NCBI RefSeq assembly: GCF_964213995.1 | Contig: NW_027590117.1 | Coordinates: 868,001 to 932,000, forward strand | Source: Mustelus asterias | Taxonomy: Eukaryota | Reading direction: 5' to 3' | Length of the DNA stretch: 64,000 nucleotides | Notes under the pieces: model-generated | The model's database searches: none | Seen by the model: only the letters and a program-made list of their open reading frames with translations | What the model was told of the DNA's origin: nothing | In this document: piece by piece, positions 1 through 11,586 of the stretch | Layout of the letters: every line of letters starts with the position of its first letter | How positions within the stretch are numbered: the stretch's first letter is position 1 | Translations under genes and position numbers: made by a program

Positions 1-61
1 CGGGGCTCGGGATGGCGGGAGGGTTTCGGCAGCGGGAATCCCGTCCTGCCCGGTTGTAAAT

Positions 62-1015
62 GGGGCGGCACCGTGGTTCGCACTGCTGCCTCACAGCAAG
101 AAGTTTAACAACACCAGGTTAAAGTCCAACAGGTTTATTTGGTAGCAAAAGCCACACAAGCTTTCGGAGCTCTAAGCCCCTTCTTCAGGTGAGTGGGAAT
201 TCTGTTCACAAACAGAGCATATAAAGACACAAACTCAATGTACATGAATAATGGTTGGAATGCGAATACTTACAACGAATCAAGTCTTTAAGAAACAAAA
301 CAATGTGAGTGGAGAGAGCATCAAGACAGGCTAAAAAGATGTGTATTTTCTCCAGACAAGACAACCAGTGAAACTCTGCAGGTCGAGGAAACTGTGGGGG
401 TTACAAATAGTGTGACATGAACCCAATATCCTCACAGCGCCAGGGACCCGAGTTCGATTACGGCTTGGATCACTGTCTGTGTGGAGTTTGCACGTCTCCC
501 AGTGGGTTTCCTCCGGGTGCTCCGGTGCTAACCACTGTGCTACCGTGCAATGGGGCGGCACGGTAGCACAGTGGATAGCACTGCTGCTTCACAGCTCCAG
601 GGACCTGGGTTCGATTCCCGGCTCGGGTCACTGTCTGTGTGGAGTTTGCACGTTCTCCTTGTGTCTGCGTGGGTTTCCTCCGGGTGCTCCGGTTTCCACC
701 CACAGTCCAAAGATGTGCGGGTTAGGTTGATTGGCCAGGTTAAAAATTGCCCCTTAGAGTTCTGAGATGCGTAGGTTAGAGGGATTAGTGGGTAAATATG
801 TGGGGGTAGGGCCTGGGTGGGATTGTGGTCGGTGCAGATTCGATGGGCCGAATGGCCTCCTTCTGCTCTGTAGGGTTTCTATGATTTCTATGATTTAGTG
901 TCTGGGGGACCAGCTAGGATAAATGCATGAGGTTATGGAGATAGGACTTGGTGGGATTGTGGTTGGTACAGACTCGATGGGCCGAATGGCCTCCTTCTGC
1001 GCTGTTGGATTCTAT
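62..1015 (+). mobile_element. Nested tRNA-derived V-SINEs (HE1-like); near full-length copy at ~552-895
   Basis: GGGGCGGCACGGTAGCACAGTGG A-box head, GGGTTCGATTCCC B-box, V-domain GGGTTTCCTCCGGGTGCTCCGGTTTC, LINE-like tail GGGCCGAATGGCCTCCTTCTG..(TTTCTATGA)n. Confidence 0.85.
98..429 (-). mobile_element. Penelope-like element 3' terminus inserted in a SINE
   Basis: Near-identical to 11625-11940; flanked by duplicated CCTCACAGC (89-97, 430-438). Confidence 0.85.
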
Positions 1016-1599
1016 AAATCGCAGCTCAGGGTTTCCAATGGCAGCTTCCTGTGTAAACATGTCGCTGCAGTTACCCAGTCTCAGCAATGCCGGTGTTACA
1101 AACTCCCCTGGAGTCAGACCAATCAGTACATAAACTGGAATCTTCCTGTGCTCTGTGTGTGGGGCTCAGTGCCACACTGGGTTAAAGCAGCTCACTTTGC
1201 AGAGGCCACGGTTAGATACTGGGATCTTCCTGTGCTCTGCTTTGGGGGTGGGGTTTGCTTACTCTGAGTGGATCTCCCTTATTGTTTGGGTTTAATTCTA
1301 GCCTCTTTCTCTCTTACAGACTGAGCAGAATGGCCTGATCTGACGACACACATTGAGATGGAGGAGCTGCCGCTCGAAATGAAGATGATTGAGAACTCCA
1401 GCTTTCTCTACACTCGTTCACTGAGGCCCAGCCCTTCATTTATCATTAGTTTTCCCAGGATGTCAGGTACATTACCATCTTCATCTGCTGTGCACACTGA
1501 CCTGACAGTGGGAAGGTATTGGAGCAGGATAGTGCAGTCAACCATGTCAAAGGTGTGGACAGGCTGAGAAGGATAAGGAGGGATAGTTTAGCTGGGTAA

Positions 1600-2190
1600 G
1601 ACTGCATTTACCCCGTTCCGATCTTTTCCTTCATATGCAGAATGTCACCTGCAATGATTTCTCTTCCCACTCCTGTTTTGTTACCACCCAAATCGCCCAA
1701 GGATCTATCCTTGGCTCCCTCCAATTTTTCATCTACACCTGATCCCTCAGTGGCATTATCTGAAAGCTCAGTGTTAGTTTTCACATGTATGCTGATAACA
1801 CCCAGCTCTACCCCACCATCACCTCTCACAACCAATCCCCTGTTATTAAATTATTAGACTCCTTCTCCGACCTCGAGTACTGGCTAAGCAGAGAATTCCC
1901 CCAATTAAATATTTGGAAAACCAATGTTCCCACCCCAAATTCCGTTCCCAATCACTGACTCCATCTCCCCCACTGATCACTGTCCGACTTTGAAACAAAC
2001 CCTCATAATCTTGGCACCGCATTAGACTCGGAAATGAGATTCTGACCACATATCTGTTCCTTCACCAAGATCACCTATTTCCAGCTGTGTAACATCACAC
2101 ATTGTTTGTAATATCTCAGCTCACCCGTACCTGAAACCCTCATCCATATTTTTGTTACCTCTAGACTTGATAATTCAAGCACACTCTTGC
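1600..2190 (+). mobile_element. Degenerate L2-type LINE RT fragment
   Basis: Broken frame PQGSILG...FHMYADNTQLY. Confidence 0.65.
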
Positions 2191-2387
2191 AGCAGATTTC
2201 CTTCCCTGAAGGACATTAGTCAACCAAATAGGGTTTTATGACAAGCAACAATTAGATTGTTGATTGCAGATTCATATTGAATTCAAATTTCACAATCTGC
2301 CCTGCTGGGTTTTGAACCCAGGTCCCTCAAGCATTACCCAGAGTCTCTGGATCACTAGCCCATGACGCCACTGCCTCCCTTCATCAA

Positions 2388-2470
2388 TGTAAGGACTGGA
2401 ATTTGAACGCATGCCTCGAGAGGAGACTGTGACCTGAACGCAGCACCTTCGATGACTTGGCCATCCTGAC
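2388..2470 (-). pseudogene. tRNA-Leu(CAG) pseudogene
   Basis: rc GTCAGGATGGCCAAGTCATCGAAGG..GTTCAGGTC..GTTCAAATTCC; many mismatches to vertebrate Leu-CAG, A-box damaged. Confidence 0.8.
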
Positions 2471-2835
2471 ACAGACTATGTATTTCACTCCTCTGCCACT
2501 TTCTGGTTCCCCTTTATTTCCCAGTCTCAATCTCTCAGGAGCTTATGTTCACTTTAGTCTCCCTCTTTATTTTTATATATTTAAAGAAGCTCTTTCTGAT
2601 CCTTTTTATATTACTTGTTCATTTACGTTTGTAGTTCATCTTCCCCCACGTTAGTATTTTTTTGGTCATCATTTGTTGGTTTTTGAAACTTCCCCAATGC
2701 TCTGTCTTCCCACTAATATATGAAACATCCTATGTTCGTCTTTCAGTTTAATGCAATCTTTAACTTCCTCGGTTAACCATGGTTGATTTATTCCCTTCCA
2801 GAATCCTTGTTTGTCATTGGTATATATCTTTGTTA

Positions 2836-3240
2836 TAGAGGTTTACAGCATGGAAACAGGTGCTTTGGCCCAACTTGTCCATGGCGCCCCCCTTTTTTAA
2901 AAAAAACCCCTAAGCTAGTCCCAATTGCCCGCATTTGGCCAATTCCTCTATACCCATCTTACCCATGTAACTGTCTAAACAATTAAAAAGATAAAATTGT
3001 ACTTGCCCTCCCACTACCTCTGGCAGCTTGTTCCAGACACTCACCACCCTCTGTGAAACAATTGCTCCTCTGGACACTTTTGTATCTCTCCCCTCTCACC
3101 TGAAACCTATTCCCTCTAGTTTTAGACTCCCCTACCTTTGGGAAAAGATATTGACTATCAAGCTGATCTATGCCCCTCATTATTTTAAAGACCTCTATAA
3201 GGTCACCCCTCAGCCTTCTACGTTTCAGAGAAAAAAGGCC
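2836..3240 (-). mobile_element. CR1/HER1-type LINE 3' fragment
   Basis: LFSLKRRRLRGDLIEVFKIMRG ORF2 C-terminus plus 3' UTR. Confidence 0.85.
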
Positions 3241-3569
3241 CAAGACAGTATGCACATATTGAATACCGTGTTACCTTTCAGATAAGTACTCTTGAATCAA
3301 GTTTATCTTAGTGGGAGGCCCAGCAATACCCCGCCATTGAAATTCCAGGGCAGGGGGAGAAGAAGTGCAGAAGGAGGCCATTCGGCCCATCGAGTCTACA
3401 CCGACCACAATCCCACCCAGGCCCTACCCCCACATATTTACCCGCTAATCTCTCTCACTTACGCATCTTAGGACTCTAAGGGGCAATTTTTAACCTGGCC
3501 AATCGACCTAATCCGCACATCTTTGGAAGAAGTGGAGGGCAAAGAGACATAAGATTCAGAATAAGATTC

Positions 3570-3857
3570 CCTGTAGTGCTAAAGGAGGCCATTTGGCCCA
3601 TTGAGCCTGCATCGACAACAATCCCAGCCAGGCCCTATCCCCATAACCCCATTTGTTAACCCTGCTTGTCCCCTGGCACTAGGGGGCAATTTAGCATGGC
3701 ACATCTTTGAACTGTGGGAGGAAACCACAGCACCCAGAGGAAACTCATGCAGACACGGAGAGAACATACAAATGTCGACACAGTCACCCAAGACTGGAAT
3801 TGAACCCGGGTCCCTGGTGCTGAGGTGTCGCAGTGCTAACCACTGTGCCACCATGTC
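3570..3857 (-). mobile_element. V-SINE
   Basis: A/B-box head and LINE-derived tail on the minus strand. Confidence 0.75.
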
Positions 3858-4644
3858 CCCAAGGTAGAATAAGCCATGTAGACCTATATCTTCACAGAAG
3901 AGCAACTTGCTTATGTAAATAAAGCAAGGAGAAGCAACTTGCCATTAAAACATTCTGTAAATATTCTGATTTTCGTACATAGAGATCATCTTGAAATATG
4001 CAAACAATATTGCAGTTTCACAAATCTATAAAAGCGGGAGTAACTATGAATCTAAGGGTGACTCTCCTTAGAGAGCTAGTTACAGTAGCTGTGGGAATCT
4101 TTTGCCGATCAAGTTTTAAAAAAGGAAATTACAATTGTTGTAGCCCTTTATAGACACACTCCCACATTCTTGGAGAGATGCTGGAAAGGCAGAACGTGAC
4201 CATACACAATCTGCACAAAGTGACTCCAGAAACACATTGAGTGTTTTTTGTGAGTCAAAAACTATTTTCATAATGTATTTCATTGCTGATCGATCGTCTT
4301 TTCTGCTAAATATCTTTTGCAGTCCAGTCTCGCCATCTCTGCTCTCATTCCTTTGCAATTACCCTTATTTACGTTGAACACAGTTGCTTCTGACCCAAGT
4401 TTGCACTCTCAAACTGAATGCTAAATTCCACCATGTTAAGGTCACTGTTTCCCAGCGGAGCTTTTACTCTGGTTATGAAAGCTGTCTCATTACACATTAC
4501 AATATTCAAACTGGCTTGATTTCTGCTTGGATTCACAAAATATTCTTCATGGAAACTGTGCCGAATGCACTCTGAATTCTTCCTCATGGCTACCTCTGCA
4601 AACTTGATTGTCCGAATCCACAGGAAGATTAAAGTCAGCCACTG

Positions 4645-5862
4645 ACGGGAAGTACTAGACGATGAAGGATACTCTGTCCACCGTGTCCCATGTTTGTCTT
4701 CTGAGGAGGTCAGTGCGGTTTTTCGCTGTGGCGCGTCGGAACTGTCGATCGATGAGTCGAGCGCCATATCCTGTTCTTGTGAGGGCATCTTTCAGCGTCT
4801 GGAGGTGTCCGTTGCGATCCTCCTCATCTGAGCAGATCCTGTGTATACGGGAGTTAAAAACCTCACCAACCTCCTCAGAAGACAAACACGAGACACGGTG
4901 GACAGAGTATCCTCCGTCGTCCAGTACTTCCCCGGAGCGGAGAAGTTACGGCATCTCCTCCGGAGCCTTCAACATGTCATTGATGAAGACGAACATCTCG
5001 CCAAGGCCATCCCCACACCCCCACTTCTTGCCTTCAAACAACCGCACAACCTCAAGCAGACCATTGTCCGCAGCAAACTACCCAGCCTTCAGGAGAACAT
5101 TGACCACGACACCATGCAACCCTGCCACAGCAACCTCTGCAAGACGTCCTGGATTATCGACACCGATGCCAACATCTCACGTGAGTACACCGTCTACCAA
5201 GTACACGGTACCTACTCTTGCAACTCGGCCAGCGTTGTCCACCTGATACATTGCAGGAAAGGATGTCCCGAGGCATGGTACATTGGGGAAACCATGCAGA
5301 TGCTACGACAACGGATGAATGAACAGCGCTCGACAATCACCAGGCAAGACTGTTCTCTTCCTGTGGGGGAGCACTTCAGCGGTCACGGGCATTCAGCTTC
5401 TGATCTTCAGGTAAGCGTTCTCCAAGGCGGTCTTCACGACACACGACAGCGCAGAGTCAGTGAGCAGAAACTGATAGCCAAGTTCCGTACACATGAGGAT
5501 GGCCTAAACCGGGATCTTGGATTTATGTCACACTATCAGTGACCCCCACAGCTTGCCCCCTGAACTTGCAGAATCTCACTGGCTGTCCTGTCTGCAGACA
5601 ATACCCATCTCTTTAACTTGTGCTTAATGCTCCTTCCACTCACATTGTCTGTATCTTTAAGAGAGATTTGCATTCTAATCAGTATTCTGTAACTTGATTT
5701 TGTGTCTCTGTATACCCTGTTTGAGAGCAGATATCCACTCCATCTGACGAAGGAGCAGCGCTCCGAAAGCTAATTTCATTTGCTACCAAATAAACCTGTT
5801 GGACTTTAACCTGGTGTTGTTAAAACTCTTACTGTGATTACCCCAACGCCGGCATCTCCACA
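4645..5862 (+). mobile_element. Penelope-like fragment with GIY-YIG endonuclease; 5' part (4645-4852) inverted
   Basis: ORF 4841-5542 WYIGETMQMLRQRMNE..HEDGLNRD; hammerhead-like motif 5741-5772; Penelope tail AAACCTGTTGGACTTTAACCTGGTG. Confidence 0.9.
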
Positions 5863-7309
5863 TTGTGTAATTACCACAGTTTGAATATGTGCTTTCTGCA
5901 GCATTGCCAATGTCTCTAATATGCGTCAGGAAGAGCAGTATTCCTAACACCAACCCTCCTGGAATCCCACTTTAACCGACCTCCATTCCAAATAAAAACA
6001 TTTCCCACTGCTGTGTTTCCTGTCACTCAGTCAGATTCCTATCCATGTTGCTGCTGTCCCTTTTATTCTATCAGCTCCAAATGTTACCACAAGTTTGCTG
6101 TGTGCCCCTTTATTTATAAAATGCTTTTTGCCAGTCCATGTTCACATTAACCACATTACCCTCATCAACCTTTTCTGTTACCCTCATTAAAATCTGAAGC
6201 AAGTTAAATATGATCCCCCTTTAATAATTATGTTTGTGTTTTCCTTCATGTACATTAGCACAAGTGAGTGTTAATTTAATCTCCAGTGTTTGGAGATTAA
6301 ACCTCAAACCAGTTTAACCTCGTTGCTGAGGTTAAACTGATTGGATTTAGTTGGCTTATCCTCACAGCCTTTTCTGAAGAAGTGTGTTTACCATTTGCAA
6401 TTCTCCAGTCCTCTGGCACCACCCATGTAACTAGCTCGGATAGAAAACTTTTAAACATTGCCTCTGCAATGTCCACCCTTTTTTTCCCCTCAGTATCCAT
6501 GCTTGTGTCTTGTCCAGTCACAAGAACACAGGAAATAAGGGCAGACATTTACTATGTGGCTCATCAATAATGTTAAACCATTCAAAACAATTATGAATTC
6601 TGTATCTTTATTGCCATACAGTGCAAAGCACAGAGGCACAGTATTAAAACAAGAACCATAAGATCAGCCATGATCTTATTGAATGGCGGGGCAGGCTCGA
6701 GGGGCTCGATGGCCTACTCCTGCTCCTATTTCTTATGTTCTTATGTTCTTAAGAACAGCAACATCATCAGACAATACATAGATAGAAATCACACTATGTT
6801 TCTGACACATTTTCTAAAAGTCACTACTTTTTCAGCATTCCCAACAAAATCATTTGAAATGTCAGCAATTCTATTGGGGAGAAAACAAACTGTGACTATT
6901 AAGATGTGAATCAAATTTCAATAGTTTATACTGACGATCACCAAAACTATGGTAACTCCGAATAAAGAACTTTTCAAGCTTGGGTAATAAGGTTATGTCC
7001 TAATTTATAAATTTGAACTAAACCATAAATCAGCCTCTTCAAAGGTTGCAATCCAATAATTCTTAATCCCTCATAAAGTATTCCCCTCATGCCTTCCATT
7101 TTCCTGGTTACACAGCTTTGCATTCTTTCTATCAGCTGTATATCTTTTTGAAAGTGTGGGTTCCAAACTGTGGATGCAGACTCCAGATGTGGGCATTCCA
7201 GCTGCTAAAAGAGTTCCAGATCTTGGGATTGAACTGCACTTTACTCCTCACTCCCTTGATTCCCTGAGAAACCAACATTTGTCTATCTCAGCCTTAACTG
7301 TCATAGACT

Positions 7310-7610
7310 GTCATAACCTGCAGTGTAGATGGAGGCCATTTGGTCCATTGAATCTGCACTGACTCTCTGACAGAGCATCCCACCCAGAACCTATCACGGT
7401 AACCCCACATATTCTGCTAATCCCCCGAACCAATATATTTGGAACACTAACAGGCAGTTTAGCATGGTCAATCCACCTAACATTTGGAGAATGGGAGGAA
7501 TCGCAAACATGGGGAGGACGTGCAAACATTATACAGGCAATCAGCCAAGGTGGAATTGAACCCGGTTCCCTGGTGCTTTGAGGCAGCAATGCTAACCACT
7601 GTGCCACCAC
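7310..7610 (-). mobile_element. Diverged V-SINE
   Basis: GCTAACCACTGTGCCACC head end and tail motifs. Confidence 0.7.
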
Positions 7611-8592
7611 TAGTGTATTCAACAATGGAGCATGTCAAAGGATCACAACCCAATGAGTGCAGAAATGTATTCTCATGTCAGTGTGAAATGATCTGATCCT
7701 TTCACTGAGCCAGCTTCCGCAATCTCCCAATGTCCACAAAATCAAACCCCTTCAGAATCTTGTATGTTTTAATGTTTTGCCTCTCATGCTTCTAAATCAC
7801 AGAGAATACAGACCCAGTTTACGAAGGGTCACATCATATGAAACCCTTTCACCCCCGGGGACCAATTTACTGACCCTTCATTAGTAATTGAAGCAGAATG
7901 AGAAAACCCTTTCCTGCAGCGAGTAGTTCAGCTCTGGGATGCATTGTCTGACAATCTGTATCTTCATCTGATCAAATAGAATTCAGCTTGTGAACAAGAT
8001 CATCATTTCAACCAGTTCTGGGTTAAATCAGGCACAGCTCTGATTGGCTGCAGCCCCCTGAATCTGGGGAGCAGACACTGTGAGCATTGCTGGCCTCAGA
8101 GGCTTTTACAGTTACTGAGCTGGGAAACTCCAACTAATCCCTGAGAATCCACAGCACAGAGCGAGAGGAGAGGAAACCCTGTCCTGGGAGCTGTCAATCT
8201 GAGACACAGTTTGACCCTGTGAATGTGCAGATGTGAACCTGCTCCTTCCATTCCCAAACTGTTCTAATGTGGAATACAGAACGCCCAATAATGACCAACT
8301 TGTTGCAATGTGTTTGAATGAACATGATGTGATATCACCGAAGCAGCATTTTGAAATATTCATTCAATGTATTCTGATGAAATGTATTTTTATGCTCTGT
8401 GTGCATTCTTATGCCATTGCATAAGAATCTTCCTCTGACATGAGACCGTGTTTTGCCTTTGTGCCTTGATGCTGCTTTAAAAAAACATGTTCATGTTATG
8501 AATTTTCTCATCGAACCACAGGAAGACTTGTAGAAAAATAACAGCACAGAAGGAAGCCATTGAACCTATCCTGCCATGCCAGTCCAAGGACA

Positions 8593-8750
8593 CAGTAAGA
8601 AGTCTCACAACACCAGGTTAAAGTCCAACAGGTTTATTTGGCAGCAAAGCCACTAGCTTTCAGAGCGTTTGCTGCTCCTTCATCAGGTGAGTGGGAGTTC
8701 TATTCACGAACAGGGCATATAAAGACACAAATTCAGTTTACAAAATAATA
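8593..8750 (-). mobile_element. Penelope terminal fragment
   Basis: CACCAGGTTAAAGTCCAACAGGTTTATTTG plus hammerhead-like motif 8651-8689. Confidence 0.8.
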
Positions 8751-8914
8751 AGGACACCCAGGTGTCCTTTCCAAGCCCATCTCCCTGCACCCAGCCCGGA
8801 GCCATGCAGCTGAATGCATGCTGGAGATCCAAATACTGAATGCCAAAGATTTGCGAGCCTTCTTTGAGTCAGTGGCTGCCCTGTCGCAGCGGAGTAAACA
8901 TTTCAAATCACACC

Positions 8915-8993
8915 CACTGCGAGCAGGGTTCGAACCTGCGCGTGGAAACCCTATTGGATTTCCTCAACGCCTTAACCACTCGGCCATCGCAGC
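8915..8993 (-). pseudogene. tRNA-Ser pseudogene (anticodon loop destroyed)
   Basis: rc GCTGCGATGGCCGAGTGGTTAAGGCGTTGAGGAAATCCAAT..GGTTCGAACCCTGCTCGCAGTG; net 3-nt deletion in anticodon arm, A/B boxes intact. Confidence 0.85.
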
Positions 8994-9314
8994 TGCTTAC
9001 TTGCTGTTGTGATGTAACCGACTTAGCAACATTCACAGACCTTTATCAGGCACCGGAATGATGCAGAGCACAGCGTGTGAGCTGAAATTTGTTTGTCTCC
9101 TTTTAATTTGTATCTTTGTCTCTGATCCAGAACTCATTCACTAGTTCAGAGACTTGTTGTTCTTTTTCAGTAACCTTTCATTCAAATCAAGTTGAACCCG
9201 AATTCTGCATCCGAAAAATAAAACGAAAACATTAAGTCCACTTTATTTCATTGCAGTCAAATGTTGCGTTTAAACCACAAGAGGGCGCTGATAATATCCA
9301 ATACACATTACCAA

Positions 9315-9386
9315 TGCGATGGCTGGGTACCGAACCCGGGTTAACTGCTTGGAAAGCAGTTAGGCTCACCACTATACCACCATCGC
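9315..9386 (-). tRNA. tRNA-Gly(TCC), mutated, possibly pseudogene
   Basis: rc GCGATGGTGGTATAGTGGTGAGCC..CTTTCCAAGCAG..GGTTCGGTACCC. Confidence 0.75.
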
Positions 9387-10062
9387 TCGTTCTCCTCACG
9401 TAGCTGTTATTTTCATTAGTTATAATTACAAAACTACCTTAGCTTCTGATTTCAGCAGACAGAAGGTATGTCCTTGGGACATTTTTTTTACCTGAACTTG
9501 GCTTGTCTCGTTTTTCTGGACAGTTTTAGCCACCTTTTTGCTATTGTTTCTGACTGATAACTCTGATTAGATTTGCGGCCTGTTCTTTCATTTGAACAAA
9601 GTGTCCACTGAACGGGAATTGAAGCTGGATTTTATGTCAGAAACACATGGATGATGAGAATATTTGGTGATTTTGTTTTTAGAAGTGTTCTGTTCTGACC
9701 AGAGATAGCTAATTAAACAAGTCAACACTCTGAAGGTCAGGTACTGACCCTTGGTCAAATGCTCGCACAGTCACCACAACACCACCTGGCTCTGTCACCC
9801 CCTCTGTATTTATAGAACGAAGCAATGAAGTGGCAGAGAAATCACAGCTGAGAGAATTCTCTCACTGAAAATTCGTTTATTCGGTCAGAGACTTGTTTTT
9901 CTATTCCAATATTTTTCATCAAAAAAGAATTATGGCCGAGCAAAAAATGAAAAAGGTATCTACATTTTATTTCATTCCTGTCAAATGTTGCGTTCGCTCT
10001 GTTTTTGTCCACTCAGTTTAAAACACAAGAGGCCGCGGAGAAGGTTCAAAATAAATGACCAA

Positions 10063-10134
10063 TGCATTGGCCAGGAATCAAACCTGGGTCATCTACTTGG
10101 AAGGCAGTTATGCTCACCAGTATACCACCATCGC
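10063..10134 (-). pseudogene. tRNA-Gly(TCC) pseudogene
   Basis: rc GCGATGGTGGTATACTGG..CCTTCCAAGTAG..GGTTTGATTCC; B-box C56 lost, stem mismatches. Confidence 0.8.
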
Positions 10135-11586
10135 TCACTCTGCTTAAACAACTGTTATTTTCATTAGTTATAATTACGGAACTTCCTGAGTTGCTGATTT
10201 CATCAAACACCAGATGTGTCCACAGCACAGTTTGTAAACTGAACTTGGCTTGTCTCGTTTTTCTGGACAGTTTAGGCCACCTTTCGTTTTACAATTGTTT
10301 CTGACTGCGAACTCATTGATTAGTTTTGAGGCCTTTTCTTTCATTTGAACAACGTTTCAGCTGAAAGCAAATTGAATGTGGATTTTACATTAGAAACACA
10401 GCGATGATGAGAATTTTTAGTGAATTTTATTTTAGGAGTGCCCACTTACTATTCTGACCTGCGATAGATAATTAAATGAATTACCACTGTGATGGCCAGG
10501 AACTGACCCTTGGTCAAATGCTCACACAGTCACCACCATCACTCACCTGGTTCTGCCACCCCCTCAGAAAGAAAGTCCAGCTCTGACACTGAATCTAGAT
10601 ACCTTCAGGCCCAATTGGAGGATGGTCAGAAACTGTCTGCCACTGTCAGAAACTCCATTATCAGCGAGTGGGGGATGATTATTTAACTGGCTGTCACTGG
10701 TTGTTGAGGTTGTGATTTACTGTTACCTGTCAGTGCAAGAGAAACAAATAAAACAGGAAAATTGAGAGACTCCGAGAGCAGATAATTTGTCCTTCGCCCT
10801 AAAGAAACACAATGATGTCTGCAATCGCTATAATAACTGAAAAAACAGATATAATTGGCTGTTGCCGCGAATCTGGTTAACAAATATGGCCGTACACCAC
10901 ATGGACTGCAGCGGTTCCAGAGGGCAGTTCACCACCACCTTCCCAAGGGCAATTAGGGATGGGCAATAAATGCTGACCCAGACAGCGACACTCACATTCC
11001 ATGAATGAATTCAAAGGCAATCTGCAGGGAGCGGGCTTCAGAGTGTTTAACAGTTACTGAGGTGACAAACTATAACGAACCCCCTGGAACCCGGAGCAAA
11101 GGCCGGAAGGAGGAGAAATTCCGGCCTGGGACCTTACATTTGGTGAAAGTTTTGTCCTGTGAATGTGTAGATGTGAATATTGTGTAAGAGAGAGTGTATG
11201 AAAGGAGCGGGCGGGTCAGACTAATCCAACTGTGTTTGTGTGTCTGTTCTGATCATGAGATCTCCGAGTCTCTCTTGTGTAAAATAAAACAATTTTCCAA
11301 TCAGAGATTCCCTTAATACCCCTGCTGAGCCCCAAAGTTAGATTTCAAGGCAATTGTTTCGCTAAATTGAAGAATTCAGTGGAAAATTCGAGAACATGTC
11401 AGCTATCGCGTGTGAGAGCGCGATCAGTGCAGCAGTAAAATGGGTTTCAGTGGAAAATGGAATCCTCAGTTCGAGTGAAACCTTTTCAACAGCAAACATT
11501 CGTGTGTCAGAGACATGAAGGATGTGAGCTGGATCTCTGGAGAGGCGGAATTTCATTGGAATGGGAGAGTCTGTGAGGAGAGAGAA

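Noticed and set aside
552-625. SINE heads as tRNA genes
   Set aside because: A/B boxes continue into V-domain and LINE tail; no proper cloverleaf
1358-1567. MEELP.. ORF conserved with 56595-56939
   Set aside because: Antisense of CR1/L2 remnants in a segmental duplicate; no protein-level evidence
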